12,085 nucleotides of DNA from Candidatus Micrarchaeia archaeon (GTDB lineage Archaea > Micrarchaeota > Micrarchaeia > Burarchaeales > JAVZCV01). The notes below the pieces were generated by a model. It did not search any database. It was not told the origin of the DNA and worked only from the letters and a program-made list of their open reading frames with translations. The translations under genes and the position numbers were made by a program. Below are positions 8,035 through 12,085 of the stretch, in pieces (within the stretch, counting starts at the first letter, position 1; each line of letters opens with the position of its first letter). Location: positions 1-12,085 of the forward strand of contig JAVZCV010000015.1 in NCBI GenBank assembly GCA_038874215.1, in the 5' to 3' direction.

Positions 8035-9132
8035 ATGGAGGAGAGGGATTACTATGAGATACTGGGAGTTGACAGAAATGCGACGCTTGATGAGATAAAG
8101 AAAGCATACAGGGAGCTCGCACTCAAGTATCACCCAGACAGGAATAAATCCCCAGAGGCAGAGGAGAAGTTCAAGGAGATTTCCCGAGCCTATGCCGTTC
8201 TTTCAGACCCGGAAAAGAGGAGGGAGTATGATAGATTTGGGAGGGCTGGTTTTGACAGTAGATATACAACTGAGGACATATTCAGGAATGTTGATTTTGA
8301 GGATATTTTCAGGGATTTCGGTTTTGGGGGCTTTGACCCTTTCAGATATTTTTTCGGGGATTTTTTCTCAGATATGGGAAGGGATTACGAGCGGGGCAGG
8401 GATATCGCCTATGATTTGGAGATAACGCTTGAGGAAGCCGCACAGGGCGTTGAGAAAACTATTGAGATTTTCAGGAGCGATGTTTGTGGGGGTTGTGGTG
8501 GAAGCGGTGCAAAAGGCGGGGAGAGAGAAAGATGCCAAAAGTGTGGCGGAAGCGGGAAGATAAAGCATGAGAGGAGGATAGGGTTCGGGAGTTTTATCAC
8601 TGTAACAACATGCAATGCATGCGGCGGAAGGGGAACTGTTGCGAGGGAGAAATGCGAAAATTGCAAAGGGGCGGGCTTCGTTAAGAAGTCTGAGAGGATA
8701 AAAGTTAGGATACCTGCGGGAATAGAGGATGGCGCAAGGTTGAAGATAGCTGGAAAAGGGGAATATGGGAGAGACGGCTATGGGAATCTCTATGTCGTTG
8801 TGCATATAAAGGAGCACAAGATTTTTGAGAGAGATGGGGATGACATATATGTTGAGAAGAAGATAACGTTCGGTCAAGCAGCGCTCGGCGATGAGATAGA
8901 AGTCCCAACGCTTGATGGGAAGGCAAAGCTCAAAATTCCGCCAGGGACGCAGACGCACACTTTATTCAGGCTTGCTGGCAAGGGGATGCCACGCCTGAAT
9001 GGGAGGGGAAGGGGCGACGAGCTCGTGCGCGTTATAGTTGAAACTCCGAGGAATCTAACAGAAGAGCAGAAAGAACTTCTCAGGAAGTTTGAGGGAATAA
9101 AGAAAAAGGGTGGCTGGTTCAACTTCTTCTGA
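8035..9132 (+). CDS. dnaJ: Co-chaperone DnaJ (class A), 365 aa
   Basis: J-domain with HPD, G/F-rich DIF repeats, four CxxCxGxG zinc-finger repeats and a C-terminal domain. Confidence 0.98.
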   Translation: MEERDYYEILGVDRNATLDEIKKAYRELALKYHPDRNKSPEAEEKFKEISRAYAVLSDPEKRREYDRFGRAGFDSRYTTEDIFRNVDFEDIFRDFGFGGFDPFRYFFGDFFSDMGRDYERGRDIAYDLEITLEEAAQGVEKTIEIFRSDVCGGCGGSGAKGGERERCQKCGGSGKIKHERRIGFGSFITVTTCNACGGRGTVAREKCENCKGAGFVKKSERIKVRIPAGIEDGARLKIAGKGEYGRDGYGNLYVVVHIKEHKIFERDGDDIYVEKKITFGQAALGDEIEVPTLDGKAKLKIPPGTQTHTLFRLAGKGMPRLNGRGRGDELVRVIVETPRNLTEEQKELLRKFEGIKKKGGWFNFF

Positions 9133-9134
9133 TG

Positions 9135-9812
9135 CTATTTCACAACGCTGCCGCCGTGCTTTTTGCCGTTTATCGCATTCTCAACATCTGCCAAGTTTTT
9201 CCCATGCACGAAGTGTGTTTCTATCCGAGAGCGAGCTATCAATTTGCACGCAACCAAATCAAATATGAAGTGCTCGCCCGCACTGCGCTTATCTGAAGAG
9301 GAAGCCATTTTTAACATATCCTCAAATGAGAGTGTTGCGATTTTTCTGGCGCCTTTCTCTTTCGGGTCCTTGTCATATATTCCATCAACGTTGCTCAAAT
9401 TGACGAGCCTTACTGCAGACATCTTTTCGGCGAGCAGGGCGGCGTCTGCGTCAGTTGTTATTCCAGGTATAGTCCCGCCCATAAGGACTATTTTGTCTTC
9501 GGGTATGTTGAACTCAAAGGACCTGCTCTGCGTGAAAAATGCAACCTCTCCCAAAGCTGCTGCAACGAGATGCGCATTCTGGAATGTTGATAGTATGGCG
9601 ACCCTGTCCGCGAGAGATTCGTTGCCAGAAATCTCTCGCATCGCCTTTGCATAGTCTCTCGCTGGCTTCCCGCCTCCCACAACAATCCCAAGAGAATATT
9701 TTTTGTGGAGCTTTTTTAGGAGCGATGCGAGCTTTTTTATATATTCAACATCGGGTTTGTCGGGGTTTATCAGGCTTCCTCCAACAGATATGACAACGCT
9801 ATTTTTTACCAT
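9135..9812 (-). CDS. pyrH: UMP kinase, archaeal type, 225 aa
   Basis: VISVGGSL, VVGGGKPARDY, MGGTIPGITTD, NVDGIYDKDP and FIFDLVACKLIARS. Confidence 0.93.
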   Translation of the reverse strand: MVKNSVVISVGGSLINPDKPDVEYIKKLASLLKKLHKKYSLGIVVGGGKPARDYAKAMREISGNESLADRVAILSTFQNAHLVAAALGEVAFFTQSRSFEFNIPEDKIVLMGGTIPGITTDADAALLAEKMSAVRLVNLSNVDGIYDKDPKEKGARKIATLSFEDMLKMASSSDKRSAGEHFIFDLVACKLIARSRIETHFVHGKNLADVENAINGKKHGGSVVK

Positions 9813-9831
9813 GAGAAGGATTTACACGCCC

Positions 9832-9843
9832 AATTTTAAAATT
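9832..9843. promoter_or_regulatory. Palindromic TATA shared by the divergent pyrH and translin genes
   Basis: AATTTTAAAATT is centred at 9837.5, exactly midway between the pyrH ATG (9812) and ATG 9863. Confidence 0.6.
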
Positions 9844-9862
9844 TTCACATTGAAATATGCGC

Positions 9863-10450
9863 ATGAATAAACTTGAAAGGGCTATAAAAAATATGGTTGA
9901 GGAGCTTAGAAAGCTTGAAGAGAAGCAGGATGAAACGTTGAGGGAAGGAAGGGAAATAACGAGGATGTGCGCGAACGCGGTGAAGAAGATACATGCAAGA
10001 GATATTGAAGGTGCGGGCAGAGACCTTGAGAAGATAAAAAGGAGGGTAGGGGCTCTGAAGAAAGTTGGCACCGAATTTCCGCACATAATAACGCAGACAC
10101 TTCAGGAGTATGCGGAAATAGCGATTTTTCTATCCATAGTGAAAAGGAGGGATGTGCCGACGCACGAAGAGTTGGGAGTAGATTTCGCTGATTATATCCT
10201 CGGTCTTTGCGATGTGGTTGGGGAGCTAAAGAGGGAAATGCTTGAGGAGTTGCGCGCGGGTAATGTGAAAAACGCAGAGTACTACTTTACCAAGATGAAT
10301 GAGATATACGAGGCGACTTTGCCTCTGCGCTTCTCCGATTCCATTTTGCCGGGTTTCAGGAAAAAACAGGACGCAATGAGATACCAGCTTGAGCAGGCAC
10401 GAGGTATAATACTGGAGCACTCGCTTGGGCGCTCACGAGGAGGAAGATGA
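9863..10450 (+). CDS. Translin/Trax-family (C3PO-like) protein
   Basis: All-helical pattern with REITRMCANAVKKIH, QEYAE, YILGLCDVVGELKR and FRKKQD. The track start is 9857; ATG 9863 fits the TATA spacing better. Confidence 0.88.
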   Translation: MNKLERAIKNMVEELRKLEEKQDETLREGREITRMCANAVKKIHARDIEGAGRDLEKIKRRVGALKKVGTEFPHIITQTLQEYAEIAIFLSIVKRRDVPTHEELGVDFADYILGLCDVVGELKREMLEELRAGNVKNAEYYFTKMNEIYEATLPLRFSDSILPGFRKKQDAMRYQLEQARGIILEHSLGRSRGGR

Positions 10451-11674
10451 GCCTCTGTGCAGTTCATACACAACTGCTGTCGTTGCTGCATCAAGGATTG
10501 CAAGCCCTGTGAAATCAGCAATGCGAATTCCTTCAAGCCTCCTAATCTCGGGTTTTACTATCGCCTCCCCTATGCTGCCTGCAAAATTTATTTGTCGGCC
10601 GAGGCGAACCGCGTTGTTGACTTCCCCGCTGTGCGTAGCCTGCTCAAAATCATCAACATAAACGAAAGTTCTCTTTCCGCATGTTATAGCGAAGCTGAGC
10701 TCCTGCTTTCCTGGCGCATCTGCACCTACTGCAAGAATGAGAACATCGCTGTTTTTACCGATATACTTTTTTAGGATGACTGGCTTCTTTGATGGGGTGG
10801 TTGTTATGAGAATTTCTGCATTTCTGACTGTTTCCTCCAAACTTCTTCGCTCTATTTCAACCCCTAAGTCGGCTGCAGCCTGCAGGAAAATCGGGTTCGC
10901 TTCCTTAACATCAAAGTAGTATGCACTTTTTATGCTCGGCCTAACCTTCTTGAGCGCCCATAGCTGTGTTGTCGCCTGAACGCCCGCTCCTACAAACCCA
11001 ATGTGTTCAACGTTAGTGGGGGAGAGGAATTTTGCTGCAACACCCGATGCCGCACCCGTTCTCATAGCGGTTATCCAAGCCCCATCTGCTATGAAATACA
11101 CAGAGCCGTTATTCGGGTTTATCAAAAGTATTTTCGCCATAACCGATGGCATCCCGTATCTCTGTGGATTCTGGGGATGCACGTTCACAATTTTAACCGC
11201 AGATATGCCGAGGGGAGGGATTGCGCACGGCATAGCCCTGAAATCTCCTATCGGCTTTTCTGTTTTGTTAGCATGCTTAATGAAATCTTCTAGAACACGA
11301 AAAGCAGGATTTGGCAAAAAATCCCTCATGAGTGCGCTTATCTCTGCATTCCCCTCTGCCAGATTTACATACACTTTCGGTGGCATTTCAACCTTCCCAA
11401 GCCCGTGGAGCGTGTATGCGGCTTCCACTGCAACGAGCGTTCTTTCCATAGAAAGAATCCGTGAAGCCTCCAAGTCCGTTATGTTTGAGGCCCCCTCAGA
11501 GGGTATTCTTGAAAGTTGCCCTTCAAGAAGACGATGGAAGATTGCACTCATGCCCGTTATCCGAGAAGCGAGTTCATGCGGATTCGCATCGTGCAAAACT
11601 CTTTCAGAAAATGGGTTTCGCACTTCTCTATTTGGAATATTCTGCCTGTTTCTGTTAATTTGTCTGCCAACCAT
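10433..11674 (-). CDS. Ornithine cyclodeaminase/mu-crystallin family protein, closest in motifs to archaeal alanine dehydrogenase, about 413 aa
   Basis: MPPKVY, GDFRAMP, VKIVNVHPQNP, ITAMRTGAA, GAGVQA, TTTPS, AVGADAPGKQEL, QATHSGE and TGLAILD. SD GGGGGTG precedes ATG 11674 (track start 11716). There is an 18-nt convergent overlap with the translin gene. Confidence 0.88.
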   Translation of the reverse strand: MVGRQINRNRQNIPNREVRNPFSERVLHDANPHELASRITGMSAIFHRLLEGQLSRIPSEGASNITDLEASRILSMERTLVAVEAAYTLHGLGKVEMPPKVYVNLAEGNAEISALMRDFLPNPAFRVLEDFIKHANKTEKPIGDFRAMPCAIPPLGISAVKIVNVHPQNPQRYGMPSVMAKILLINPNNGSVYFIADGAWITAMRTGAASGVAAKFLSPTNVEHIGFVGAGVQATTQLWALKKVRPSIKSAYYFDVKEANPIFLQAAADLGVEIERRSLEETVRNAEILITTTPSKKPVILKKYIGKNSDVLILAVGADAPGKQELSFAITCGKRTFVYVDDFEQATHSGEVNNAVRLGRQINFAGSIGEAIVKPEIRRLEGIRIADFTGLAILDAATTAVVYELHRGSSSSS

Positions 11675-11857
11675 CAATACACCCCCCACAAATAGCCAGC
11701 ATATATTCAGCATCAAAAGTTTAAAAGGCTGTGCCGATGCCTAAAATAAGGTTTTTAAGGTTTAGTTAAAAAAACTCGTGCGTGAAGGCTAAGGTTTCAT
11801 GCCTCTGTTGAATTGTTCTCTCGTTTAGGGAACGAAAAGAATATTGGGGGTGAGCAA

Positions 11858-12085
11858 TTGCTATTGGTTCCTGGGCCAGTGCCCCTTAGTGAGGGGGTTA
11901 TTAAGGCGCAATGCAGACAGGTTGTCAGCCACAGAGATGAGGAATTCCATCAGCTCCACAAGAAAGTGACCTCTAAGCTCGCAGAGCTTTTTAACTCCGA
12001 CATTGCGCTCGTATTCACGGGCTCTGGGACGGCAGGGATAGAGGCGATGGTGGCGAGCGCGGTCTCGCGCCATGACAAAGTACTC
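11858..12085 (+). CDS. Class-V PLP aminotransferase (serine-pyruvate/alanine-glyoxylate type), 5' part, truncated by the window edge
   Basis: Manual translation from TTG 11858 gives MLLVPGPVPLSEGVIKAQCRQVVSHRDEEFHQLHKKV...FTGSGTAGIEAMVASAVSRHDKVL, with the PGP, SHR and GSGT motifs. SD GGGGTGA lies just upstream. It is not in the ORF track because it has no stop codon in the window. Confidence 0.9.
   Translation, partial: MLLVPGPVPLSEGVIKAQCRQVVSHRDEEFHQLHKKVTSKLAELFNSDIALVFTGSGTAGIEAMVASAVSRHDKVL

Noticed and set aside
5256-9122. Minus-strand ORFs opposite hsp20, dnaK and dnaJ, including the 310-aa ORF at 6514-7446
   Set aside because: Antisense shadows. Long antisense ORFs are a well-known by-product of hsp70 codon usage.
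9163-11744. ORFs antisense to pyrH, translin and the OCD/AlaDH gene
   Set aside because: They fully overlap confident genes and show no motifs or expression signals.
11861-12073. 70-aa minus-strand ORF in the track
   Set aside because: The plus strand encodes a clear class-V aminotransferase N-terminus here.
1-12085. Avoidance of CCWGG or CCSGG as a clue to R-M specificity
   Set aside because: Both occur in the window (CCAGG near 279, 913 and 2312; CCCGG near 856 and 4401). Depletion cannot be judged by eye in 12 kb.

Overview
Archaeal genomic window, judged from the GGAGGTGA Shine-Dalgarno sites, BRE/TATA promoters and archaeal-type DnaK, Cdc48, PyrH and translin. A DPANN/Micrarchaeota-like host is a guess. 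Positions ~1-1980 are a visibly AT-richer restriction-modification-like module: an MvaI/BcnI-family nuclease whose PD-motif Asp appears replaced by Asn, a convergent m4C-type methyltransferase with permuted motif order, and a 50-aa CxxC...CPxC zinc-ribbon ORF missing from the ORF track, preceded by a triple palindromic operator-like site. Positions 1987-9132 form a divergent protein-quality-control cluster, cdc48<-hsp20 <-> wHTH regulator->hsp20->grpE->dnaK->dnaJ. It is driven from a symmetric promoter with one palindromic TATA box flanked by inverted repeats. cdc48 carries two perfect 44-45 nt identity tracts between its D1 and D2 domains. The rest is pyrH, a translin-family gene, an enlarged ornithine cyclodeaminase/alanine dehydrogenase-family gene and the 5' end of a class-V aminotransferase. 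All calls come from manual motif reading; no searches were run.
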